NCBI GenBank assembly: GCA_020536535.1
Contig: JAHLWZ010000816.1
Coordinates: 1 to 64,000, forward strand
Reading direction: 5' to 3'
DNA length: 64,000 nucleotides
DNA from: Pelomyxa schiedti
Taxonomy: Eukaryota; Protista; Evosea
How positions within the stretch are numbered: position 1 is the first letter of the stretch; the number at the start of each line of letters is the position of its first letter. The notes under the pieces are model-generated. The model was given only the letters and a program-made list of their open reading frames with translations, was not told the origin of the DNA and ran no database searches. The translations under genes and the position numbers were made by a program. Shown piece by piece: positions 54,122 through 64,000 of the stretch.

Positions 54122-55909
54122 TCAATTTGAAGCCCAGAGGAAACAAAGGTTGCGTATCACCTCAGAACCTTTTGTAAGTGCAGACAGGGGCACAAACTCT
54201 GATTTGGCATGGAAGTTCACACCACCTGTAGTTGTGGTGTGTGATGTTAGAAACAAGTCGAGTGAGTAGTGTTGTTTCGCGTTGGTTTGCTTTTGCTTGT
54301 GTGTTAAATTAAGGTTTCTTTACCTGCGAACAGGTTTGGACAAGGAAGCCCCATTTCACAGAGTCTGGCACCGTCTGTTCCGCCTCGTATTTGTGTCACC
54401 TTTGGAGTGATTCCAGCCTGTCTCATGGCCTCCGCGGCACGATCGACAACTGCCGGGTGAGCATCAATGACAGAGCGCATGTTTGTGTACTGCTGAGTAT
54501 AGGTAATAGGCGGGATTGTGGCTCTGGGATACCGGATCCGCAGGAATTGTGCTGCTGCATCCATCAGTGCCATCAATTTCTGTGGAATGAGGTTGGATTG
54601 GTTTCGTTTTCACGCGCTCCCTTTTTTTTTGGGTGGCATGGAATACCTTCATTCCGTCCATTGTGAACTCTCGTAGAATGAAGGTTGCTTTTGACTTTCC
54701 TGCGTCACCTTCCAAATTGCACAGGTGAATGAACCCATCCATATCCTGGATTAATTGTTGTTGAGTAAATTGTATGGTTACTGCGATATGGAGAAACCTT
54801 GGTTGTTTCAGGCCTCTTTTCTGCTGGGAGGAGTGTCACAAATTCACTGACAATAATTGCGGCGTTGGCCATTTTCTGGAACGACATTCCTGGGTGCACT
54901 TGAACACCTGTGCACTCAAAAATAGCTTTGTAGGCATTGAAATTTTCAATTTCCAATTCTCCGATCTCCCCTACAAGCTTTGAGTGGCTAGAAGGAATGT
55001 AACAATAAGACCTCCATCCACTGTATAGGCATATTCTACTCCAAGTTTGGCAATATCAATATGGTCTGTACCCCCTCCAACTTCCTCGTCAGGTGTGAAT
55101 ATTACACGTATCTTTGGTCGTGGCCTGGTAGGTTCAACTTGCATGATATTCTGAATTGCATCCATTATAATTGCCACTCCAGCTTTATCATCAGCACCCA
55201 GCTATTTTCACAATGAGGGTTGAAGTGTGTCTAACATAACACTACAAGAGTTGTGCCGTCACTGCTTATGATCTTATCTCCCTTGTAACGCTCCAATTGC
55301 TCCCAAGGTATCACAACAGAAGGATCACCAGGAAGTTGGATGGGTTTGCCAGTAGCAACAACCTCTTGTACAATGGGTTTTACTCCAGAACCTACCATAG
55401 TGAGTTATTCCTTAAGAAAGTGACCATAAGGTACTCTTGCAGCAACAAAAATAAAATCAAACACCAAAATACCTGGGGCATCAGGACTGACATCCACGTG
55501 AGCAATGAGGCCTATGGAATGAGTTGACGAGCAATTAGATGGGATTGTCCCAGTGACAATGCAAAATTGATCAACAGCTGCATCTGTGACCCCTATTTGC
55601 ATAAACAAAAAGAGCTGGTTATTTAAGACTCAAAAAGGAGCACATTATTCATTTCATAAAGAAAGATAAAAAAAAAAACCGAGGTGAATGAGCTCGTCAA
55701 CCAAGATTCTAGCCAAATCAAATTGCCTCATCGTGGAAGGAAACGTAGTGGCGTCATGGGCACTTTTTTGTTTTAGGTTAGGCTTCTATACCCAGTGTGA
55801 ATTATGGTAGTTGAGTATAACTTAGGATGCCACCCATAATTAACGCTTACCTTTGAGTGTCAACCCTGACGTATCGAAGAAACCTGTCTAGCACTGTGTC
55901 AGCGCTCAT
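54122..55909 (-). CDS. pepT: Peptidase T (tripeptide aminopeptidase, M20B), with introns
   Basis: LDRFLRYVRVDTQ, IAHVDVSPD, LGADDKAG, FTPDEEVG, ENFNA, GVQVHPG, IRGGTDGARL, GLPCPNLF. Confidence 0.92.
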
Positions 55910-55952
55910 GTTCGGTGTCGAAAACTTTGATTATTGACGAAAAATTGAGGGG

Positions 55953-57273
55953 TCAGAACCGGAAGTGACTGGACTGCAAAAAAAAAAACTGTTCTCTTTG
56001 TTTTGGAGAGTGTTTTATGCAACACTTTATGGCTCTGAAGGAAGTTGGGGTGGTACATAGCCAGAACTGGCTTCCTTGTGTTGGGTTGGTTTGAGTTTCA
56101 GGGATGGTTTGGCATACGGGCTGAGAGGTGGCAGCTTCTTCAGCTTTCTTCTTGCCTTCCATATACATGATAAGAAGAGCGGCACAGCAGTATAAGAACA
56201 TCAGTGGAAACCTTGAGGATTAAGGAGAAAAAAAGGTGGAGGTGAGGAGTAATACATTCCGGTAAGCATTAAATAGGAACCATATACTGGTGATGTTTGT
56301 GCAATGGCAGAGATTCTGAGAAATGACCTAAGAAAAACAACAAAAGGGAGATTGACAAAGAAACCCCATTATGGAAGCACCCAGTGCATTTATGGTTGCA
56401 AAAATGGCCATTCCAAGTGCATCAACCCACAATTTGCATATAAATAACCCAAAAGCGATGTAGACTGGGCAAACAATGCCAATAAGTAAAAGTGCTGCCC
56501 CGAAAGGTATATTGACTTTTGTAGTGATCGGGAAACCAACTTCGTCTCATAAGATTTTTGTTTGTTTACTACTGGAAACATACCCACCATAGACAGACCC
56601 AAACCCGCAAGTAGACACACACCTATCAGACATACACGCTTCACATCCCATGACTGGGCAAAGTGAGACGGAATGAAATTAGATAACGGCCTTTACCAAG
56701 TGAGGAGGTGAGAACATGTTTCTCCACTGAAGGAGAACCCCTCCAATGCATGATGCACTCCAGAGGAACAACAGTATGTATGCTCCACAAATAAAGCAAA
56801 AACACCATGGAACAGCCCGCGCGTGATGAGTAAATGAGGAAATTCTGGGGTGCTAGTTAAAGGCAGTGGAATTGCAATTATCTGAGGGACAAGTGCTACA
56901 TACATCATTGTCAGTAGGACGATGAAGTCTATGACAGAGAGGGCAAAAAGTGCAATTGCCTCATGGCGCATTTTTAGCACATACATGGCATACATTACAT
57001 AGAGATGGCAAGCCAATCCCACAAGTAAGAAAGAACCCCCTAGGGCTGGGTGCACGTATACCAGCAGTGGAAACGACACTGTAAACACGCCGGTGTTTTT
57101 TGGTTTGTACAAAGCCAACAAAGATGCGAAAAGCCGTTACCTACAATTACAGCAGCGTTTATTATGACCAAAATAGTGGATATCAACAAAGATCTCTTCA
57201 CGTAGTCCCACGTGACTTCGGGGTTTCCCGACACTTTCCCCACGGCCTCGTCCACCAACGTGTATTGACTCAT
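55953..57273 (-). CDS. Multi-pass membrane protein of unknown function
   Basis: Several hydrophobic segments across spliced minus-strand ORFs; 3' end uncertain. Confidence 0.55.
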
Positions 57274-57593
57274 ATTTGTATGGTCTTGTATTACCACTCA
57301 ATCGCCCTTTTTCGATAAACCGCTTGTGCGGGTGGTTGGCTGCTGTTGTTTCCTTTTTTTTCTTTTTTTCTTTTCTCAAGCCTCAACTTGTCATCAACCA
57401 AATCAGATCTCCCTCCGATGACTTACATACATATTTCTCAGGAAACACACAGCATCCCATTTCACGTACCATGGTAGCCCCTCTGTAGCCGAAGTGAACC
57501 ACCTGATCATATCCAACTTGCTTTCAGGTCGAAAGTCTCTTTCAAGGAACTTGCGATACCAACGAACAGCGGTCGTAGTAGTCATCCCCTTCC

Positions 57594-58714
57594 ATGGCAA
57601 CAACGACTCCTCCGTCGTCAGCATTAACAGCAACAGCGTCGCCGCTACCGCCGGGATCCACAACGTCGGCCAGGGGAGTGATCGAGGAGGTGGTACGGCA
57701 GGTTGAAGCGCATTATGGGGTGGCTGTGGTGGCGGCAGTCGAGGGGGGCAGCCGAGCGTGGGGATTCGCGAGCCCCAAGAGCGACCACGGTAGCTTTTTG
57801 GTTTTTGTTTTTTGTTTTCTAAGAAGATATTTTGTAAAGATGTTAGAGGTGTGTTTGTGAGAAGACGTGATGAGTACTTGAGGATTGAGGATGAAGCTTT
57901 ACCTGACACCATTTCGTATAAAGCTGACACATGTAAGCCGCAGGTCGAATTCGTTGGGTATTCTGAATACCTGTTGATGTAACACTAGCATGGTAACTTA
58001 CAACAAAAACGAACAGGTGGGATATTAGGAAAGCTTTGAAACTACTCCGAGAGAGCAACCCCGGAATTTTGGAGTGGTTTTCTTTGCCAAGAGAGCTCGT
58101 GTATCGCGATCTACACGACTTTTTTGGAGCAACATCGTCTCTTGCACAAAGGGATATGTCTCCTGAAGCCTTGGTAAGACATTATAGGAACACAGCAATG
58201 AAACACCAAAAGTATAGCACAATATGTCCTGTGCACTTTACTTATTATATTTACAAAGGCTTTACTTCACAAATACAAGGCAAGTAATGTCGAAGAAGTA
58301 TTTTTATGTATTTCGCCCACTACTATGTGTGGAATGGATAATAAATAACCCAGGTATTCTTCCCGAAAAATATCCAACACTAACACCCCAAGGAAAGCCG
58401 TCGCCTGTATCTCTTCATGATCTTGTTGCCTTAAGCACAGCTGAAGCTGCACACACACTTTCAGACATGCTCACAAGGCATAACTCTCAAGGCTCCGGGC
58501 TTATTGACAGGTAAAAAAAGCTCATTCTCCCAGTTTTTCACTAAAAAGTTTAAGGGTACCGCTTTTGGACCAATGGGCCCAAGACCTATTTGCAAAAACA
58601 AAAACTTTTATTGACACCTTGCCGGCACATAGGCCAGCAACACATTCGGGTGTGGAATACAATACCCTTTGCAGTAAAATGATAAACACAGTTGAAGAGA
58701 CAAGAAAATCTTGA
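57594..58714 (+). CDS. Pol-beta superfamily nucleotidyltransferase, RlaP/YcgL (Nuc-transf) family
   Basis: AVEGGSRAWGFASPKSDHDVRGVFV (GS...DxD), WDIRKALKLLRESNP, KKYFYVFRPLL. Confidence 0.85.
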
Positions 58715-58735
58715 GACAAAAACGAATTGTCTCAA

Positions 58736-60287
58736 TTAATGTTCTATTTTTGGCCAGTGATCAGTATATGACAGTGAGGATTGGATGATAGAGAAAATGC
58801 CCAGCAGGACTGTGAAAATTGATACACCGATATATAGAGGCTTTCTTTTCACTCTGGAGGTACCGAAGGCACCAAATGGAATAGCAAGAAGAGCCCCCAC
58901 AAGTAGATATGGAACAAGTGCGTAGTACTCGTCAACGTGTCCGTTGAGGCTGTAGGAATGTAAGGCGAAGGTATTTGAAACACAAAAGAACTCACCACTC
59001 CTTTGCGGTGTAGTTTGGCAGTGGCGATTCACTACCAGACACAGGTGGACTTTTTTGTTCGCATTGTATCATAGAGGAAGTGAAATAACATATGGTGCTT
59101 ACACCACACACAATGACCTCAGAGTAAGGAGTGACACCGATAGAGTTGCGCTCTGGTCTGCCGGCCAGCATTTGGCCCGTTACTGCCACAGGGCCAGATC
59201 CTCCACCAGACAGACCCTGTCCTTTGTGTTGATTTTATGGGGTTTAGGTTTCTGACACACCTTATTGAAGCCTGTGATTATGGATATGATAAATATCTTC
59301 CACCAAGCAAATTTCCATTCTACAAGTGTCGTCACATGAAGAACTTGGAAACGAAGAGCACATACTTGGTTTGAAAACGTACATACAGAAGGTAAATATG
59401 CCCATAGTGAGAGCAATAATACCAATGTACAACTTAATAACAAAATTGAACTGCTTTGATATACTACCATAGACACTGACTATTTGAGAAATAATCTAAT
59501 AAGAGTAAGGAATAAGAACAATGAAAGATTGCTTACAGCGCCGATAGAGCCTATTCCTCCTAAGAACATGATGATACGTACATCATAAGTAAGGTATTTA
59601 TTGAGGACAAATCCAGTTTTCTTGTACAGCCATACCCACCAGATCCAGGTGAATTTTGGGGGCTACGTGTAATTGTCAGTACAACGCTATCTAAGGGGAG
59701 ATCTTCATCACCTGCTCAATAGTGAACGAATCATCCTCCCGTTCCAAATCGGCATTAGCTGCCGATAGGGAACTCAATTCTATTTCAGAGGCAGGAGGTG
59801 GAGATGCATGTTCTTTCTCCAGTGACTTGAACACATCAACCATACTGTTATCACCCTCTGCTGCAACAACTACTTCCCCAGAAGCACTGGCACTAGCCGC
59901 AACAGGGTCAGCCAAAGGATCGGGGTCCTCTGTATTAGTTTCCTTGTTCCGGAACGCTCCCTTCTCTATTTCTGTCTTGCGAAAGATGAAGTTGTTCTTC
60001 AGGAACATGTGAAAGAGCCCGCTGAATATTGACGTGATAAACTCGACCATAAGTAAGCTAATAACCACCTCCTTTCTCTCATATCCATAGGCAAGTAGTA
60101 CAGGTGATAATACAGTACCCCAGCCCATACCTTTTAAAAACGTGGGTTAAAGAATAAAATAATAAGAGAAAAACAAATGACCGGAAGAGAGGGGGGGGAA
60201 AATAACTCTACCGAGCATCGTTTTGAAGAACTGTACGATGAAGGCGGAAATGGGTACAACGAAAAACCACACGTCAACAACAACCAT
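58736..60287 (-). CDS. TSUP (TauE/SafE sulfite exporter) family membrane protein
   Basis: MLGMGWGTVLSPVLL, SIITGFNK, AVTGQMLAG...SIGVT, GALLAIPFGA. Confidence 0.75.
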
Positions 60288-61281
60288 CTCGCAATAGGAG
60301 ACTTCGATCTAGAGAAAAGATGGCGAACGGTCAGCGCTGACGAGATCTGACAGATCGCGTGTGCGTGTTGTGGGGGGTTTTGTTTTGTTTTGTTTTGTTT
60401 TGTTTCGTTTCGTTTCGTTCGTGTTTTTATTAAAAGGTCGCTATTCGTCGGTGAATTTGTTTCGCGTTGTTTTTTCGCGGATGGGAGGTGGAAAAAGAGG
60501 AGGCATCTACCTCTGCTTTTTCGAGTGATTTTTCACAGTCTATCCTATCGGAAGCGCTATGAACTACATTACATGGAAGGTTTTCTCACAAGAGTGGTCG
60601 GTGGGTGATGAGGTAACCTGGCTGGCGGTTGCAACAATTGATACTGATACACCAATGCCACAATGCAATTGCACGTACTTATGTGCAACTCGTGGCCTTA
60701 ACCTTTCAATATGATGAGTTGGCCACGAGGTCTATGCATTGAAGGTTTTGGTTTTGGTTTTGGGAAAGTTCGTCTTGCAATGCCAATGGGAAATACGATT
60801 TGCTGTTTTTCAAGGACTGTGAGGAAGTTTTTCGTTGGGTGTGTGGGTGGAGACACTGGCACTGTGAGCACAGTTTTAATTTCCTCTTTTTTAACGCTTT
60901 TTTGCACCTGTTCGTTCGGAAGGTCAGTTTTTTCCCTTTGCTGGATGTGCGGAAGGAATCGGAAGACACCTTCTCTGCACTGCCTTTGGATAATCCATTT
61001 CTGATCATTGCCAGATATGAGAAACGGCACTTCAATTGATTTCACTGCTACCTTGAAGAAGTGAGAAAGAGTTTTCGGGATTGCGCTTCTGTACAACTTT
61101 TTCGTGCGGTGAGAACGCATCAAGACCCCAAAAAAGCGAAATGCACCGACACCCTCTCGGGTCATTCTCTGTCTCTGCAAGATCCTATGAAATTAAGCGA
61201 AGAAAAGTGGATGAATAAAATAATCAACAGACCGGAACGCGGTCTGGTGTGGGTGCCTTGGCAAAGCAACCTTGGAGCAAC

Positions 61282-61288
61282 AAAAAAA
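61282..61288 (-). terminator. Possible Pol III terminator (oligo-T) for the permuted tRNA precursor
   Basis: First run of >=4 T on the minus strand downstream of the tRNA 5' half (~90 nt away). Confidence 0.35.
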
Positions 61289-61376
61289 TTTAGATGGAGG
61301 TGGTTTGCGTTGTCGAAGACCCGAACCACTGTTTCCTTTTTCATTGGAACCAATGGTATGCCAGAGAGTCCGTTTA

Positions 61377-61468
61377 GGCGCGCTTCCGCTGCGCTACGGG
61401 GCTTTGGTGTTTGTCTCCTTCCTTAGCCCCGGATGGTTTCGATCCACCGACCTCCGCTTTATGAGAGC
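61377..61468 (-). tRNA. Circularly permuted initiator-type tRNA-Met(CAU): 3' half 61468-61424, 20-nt spacer, 5' half 61403-61377
   Basis: Reordered halves give a 72-nt cloverleaf AGCCCCG-UA-GCGC-AGCGGAA-GCGC-G-CC|GCU-CU-CAU-AA-AGCGG-AGGUC-GGUGG-AUCGAAA-CCAUC-CGGGGCU-A. It has a 7/7 acceptor stem, 4/4 D stem, 5/5 anticodon stem, 5-bp T stem (one G-U), A1-U72 and the initiator AUCGAAA T-loop. Confidence 0.88.
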
Positions 61469-61627
61469 TTTTGTCCCCCCCAGCCTAAGGTAACCCCACT
61501 GACTTCATTGGAGCCTCCTCCTCAAAATCACTACCGCACAAACGAATTGTTTTTCGCTGTTTTAGGTTGTTGAGATGGGATTATGGGTTGGTTGTTGCGT
61601 GGAAACTCAAAGGGCAACACAACAAGC

Positions 61628-62602
61628 TTAGCTGAGGTAGGAAGCTGGAAGTTGTGTTTGTCGTTTTGGTGAGGCCAAGTGGGATTTGAGGGGAGTAGTG
61701 GGCGCATTTGCTGATTGTGTACTAGTTGTAGTAGCTGATGTGGTTGCGGCCGTAGCGGCAGAGCTAGAGGGGGTCGCGGTCGTCGGCGTTGTAGTCAGTG
61801 CGCTGGGATTTGGGTTAAACCACGATGTAATGGGCTTGCTGGCACCAACACCAACATTTTTCATGAAGCACTCCCTGCAGACAGCGATGTACTTGTCGGC
61901 TCCTCCAATGACCTCTATCTCTGTCTCGCTTCCAAGCCTCCTGCTGAACGCAGCATCCTTGTAACAGCACATGCACACTGCTGTGAGCTTGGTTACGCTC
62001 TCGGCAAGTGGAACAAGCTGCAGAATGGAGCCGAAAGGTTTCCTCTGGAAAGTTCCATCCAGCGCCGCAACAACCACCACCTTCCCCTTGTTCGCCATTT
62101 TCTCGCAGAACGGCACAACGTCCAGGAAGAACTGCCCCTCGTCAATCCCAATCACGTCGAAAGTCGAAGCGCTCTCCTCCACCTCGCTAAGAGTGACACA
62201 GTCCACAGCGTCCCACTGCTGGTGGTCGTGCGTGGCGCAGCGCGGCTGGTGCTGGCGCGCGTTGTTGTTTGGCTGAGCGTCGTAGCGCGTGTCGTTGTAG
62301 TACTTGATGACCACGCACGTCTTCTTTGCGACGGTGTACCTCTTGATCCTCCTCAGCAGCTCCGTGGTCTTCCCGCTGAACATGGGCCCGAGAATCAGCT
62401 CGATCCAACCGTTGTACGTCATTTCGTCGTCGGAATCGCCGGGCGACGCGACGCGCCGCAGCGACGGGCTTCGCGTCGGCGAGTACGCCACTCGGGAGCT
62501 GCTAGAAGCCGAAGAAGAAGACGACGACGCGACCGGCATTGGTTTCGTTGGTGACGACATCGCCGCTACCGCTGCTTGTGCATCGCCTCCCGTAGTAGTC
62601 AT
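61628..62602 (-). CDS. TK1: Thymidine kinase (TK1 type), intronless
   Basis: [37 protein letters not shown]...[15 protein letters not shown]. Confidence 0.97.
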   Translation of the reverse strand: MTTTGGDAQAAVAAMSSPTKPMPVASSSSSSASSSSRVAYSPTRSPSLRRVASPGDSDDEMTYNGWIELILGPMFSGKTTELLRRIKRYTVAKKTCVVIKYYNDTRYDAQPNNNARQHQPRCATHDHQQWDAVDCVTLSEVEESASTFDVIGIDEGQFFLDVVPFCEKMANKGKVVVVAALDGTFQRKPFGSILQLVPLAESVTKLTAVCMCCYKDAAFSRRLGSETEIEVIGGADKYIAVCRECFMKNVGVGASKPITSWFNPNPSALTTTPTTATPSSSAATAATTSATTTSTQSANAPTTPLKSHLASPKRQTQLPASYLS

Positions 62603-62867
62603 TTGGTTGTGTGTTTTATTGGGTTTTTTTTTTTTTTTGTTTTTAAATCCAATGTGCGAAAAGGCGAGAACCTGTTCAGATTAGAGATTTTAGATTTCGC
62701 TAGATCTCGGGTCTCTGAGCAGGGATCTGCTGTCAATTGGGTTTGATGGAAACACGACGCCCCAAGAGACGTTGAAGGTCTTTTTTTTTTCTTCTAGTTG
62801 TGATTTTACCCAAAAAACAGCGAGGCGTACGTGGCCGAGTCACACGCAAGATCTGTGAGGCAAGCCA

Positions 62868-64000
62868 ATGGCATCAAACTCACCATCGTTGTCTGATTCA
62901 CACGGTCTGACCCCGCAGAAATGGGTCCCTGACACTGCCTCCGATGTGTGCCTTTTGTGCGAGGCTGCGTTCACTGTTACGAGGAGGAGGCATCACTGCA
63001 GGGCGTGTGGGAAGTTGTTTTGTGCTCAGTGCTCAATAAACAGGGTGAAGTTACCTCCAGGTTTGCTCTCCTTCTTTCTTTTGCAACCTTACCTTACTCC
63101 CTTTAGAATTCGGGTATGGTGACTCGATAGAGAGGGTTTGTTTTGAATGCTTCAGTAAATTGTCAGTAATTACTGATGAAGAAACCAGTATTTTTCCCAT
63201 ACTTTCAACATTTCAAACTAAGCGTTCCACAGAGCAATCAGAGCATCTCATTGTTGGAGAGAGCATTGCTGACTATCTGTATAGAGGCCTGGTAGTACTA
63301 TATGACGACCAAAAGCGACTGGAGCCAATTCTAATCATTGCAAAATATCGTATTTTCTTTTTCAAACGCCCTCCTCCAGGAGCCAAGAAAATCCGATTAG
63401 AGGTAACAAAACAATTAAATTGGGTTCAACTAAGTGAGGTCTAGTCCATACGGAACATTCATTTGTACAATATTTTGTCTCTATCTCATGTTGAAAACTC
63501 CCCCAAGGTTATAAATAGTCACGCAAAAAAAGTGAAAACTCAACTTCTAACTTTCCAAAGCGACTCGAAATTGCCTTTGTTGAAGCTAAGAGAGAGAAGC
63601 ATATCATTATTGCCAGTAGTGAAGTACTTCTGCTCTGTCATCCATTCCTTCTCAACCATCCTCTGTCCAGATACCCAATATTGTACTCAACATAAGAAAG
63701 GCATACCGTGCTATAATGCCAAAAGGCATACCAGATGATCGAGAAGTCATTAACATAGATTTACCAAATGCAATGTACTTTAATCAAGTATAAAAAGGAC
63801 ATTCTTACATCATTCCTAGGCTTCTCCCAGTCCCACCCCTTGGTATGAATGAGACCACTTGGAAATATTCAAACACCAAATAAAAAAAGATGTCGGGCTT
63901 GCTGGAGGCTTCACAGACACTTACAAGGCTCAGTGCAACTATCTGGGTGTTGAAGTTTCGCCTGAAGTTCTTCTTTGTAAGTAAATAGCAGATATCACTC
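62868..64000 (+). CDS. FYVE-domain protein with CARMIL-like N-terminal region (runs off the window)
   Basis: WVPD...CLLC...RRRHHCRACG...RVCFEC (FYVE); ILIIAKYRIFF and GGFTDTYKAQCNYLG resemble the CARMIL PH-linker. Confidence 0.75.

Noticed and set aside
61061-61493. Plus-strand ORFs (121 aa, 73 aa) overlapping the tRNA halves
   Set aside because: No recognisable protein features; the fully paired tRNA on the opposite strand explains the sequence better.
61280-61620. Alternative reading as an intron-containing or tandem-array tRNA
   Set aside because: No 5' half upstream of the 3' half and no 3' half downstream of the 5' half could be found in the flanks.

Overview
Gene-dense eukaryotic DNA with about 27 protein-coding genes split by many short GT-AG introns. 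This explains why the ORF track is fragmented. Gene content (Clu-domain protein, CARMIL-like protein, flagellar NME7, prokaryote-type enzymes, a lineage-specific 'ARxQ[YF]..F / CNRRWIVV' protein) suggests an amoebozoan, probably an archamoeba such as Pelomyxa; this is inference. The standout feature, which the ORF track does not show, is a circularly permuted initiator-type tRNA-Met(CAU) gene on the minus strand at 61377-61468. Its 3' half (nt 29-73) lies upstream of its 5' half (nt 1-28), the break is inside the anticodon stem, and the flanks are complementary. Other notable items: a ZZ-finger-fused A-T-R carboxylic-acid-reductase-like enzyme; an ATF6-like membrane-tethered bZIP with an RRLL site; a UIM-CUE-Pro-rich-actin-fold protein; ribosomal uS2 with a ~380-aa Lys/Pro/Ala/Glu extension; a cluster of intron-containing prokaryote-type genes (pepT, RlaP-type nucleotidyltransferase, TSUP); a 7-nt microexon; and a motif shared by divergent promoters. 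All gene boundaries were spliced by eye and are approximate.
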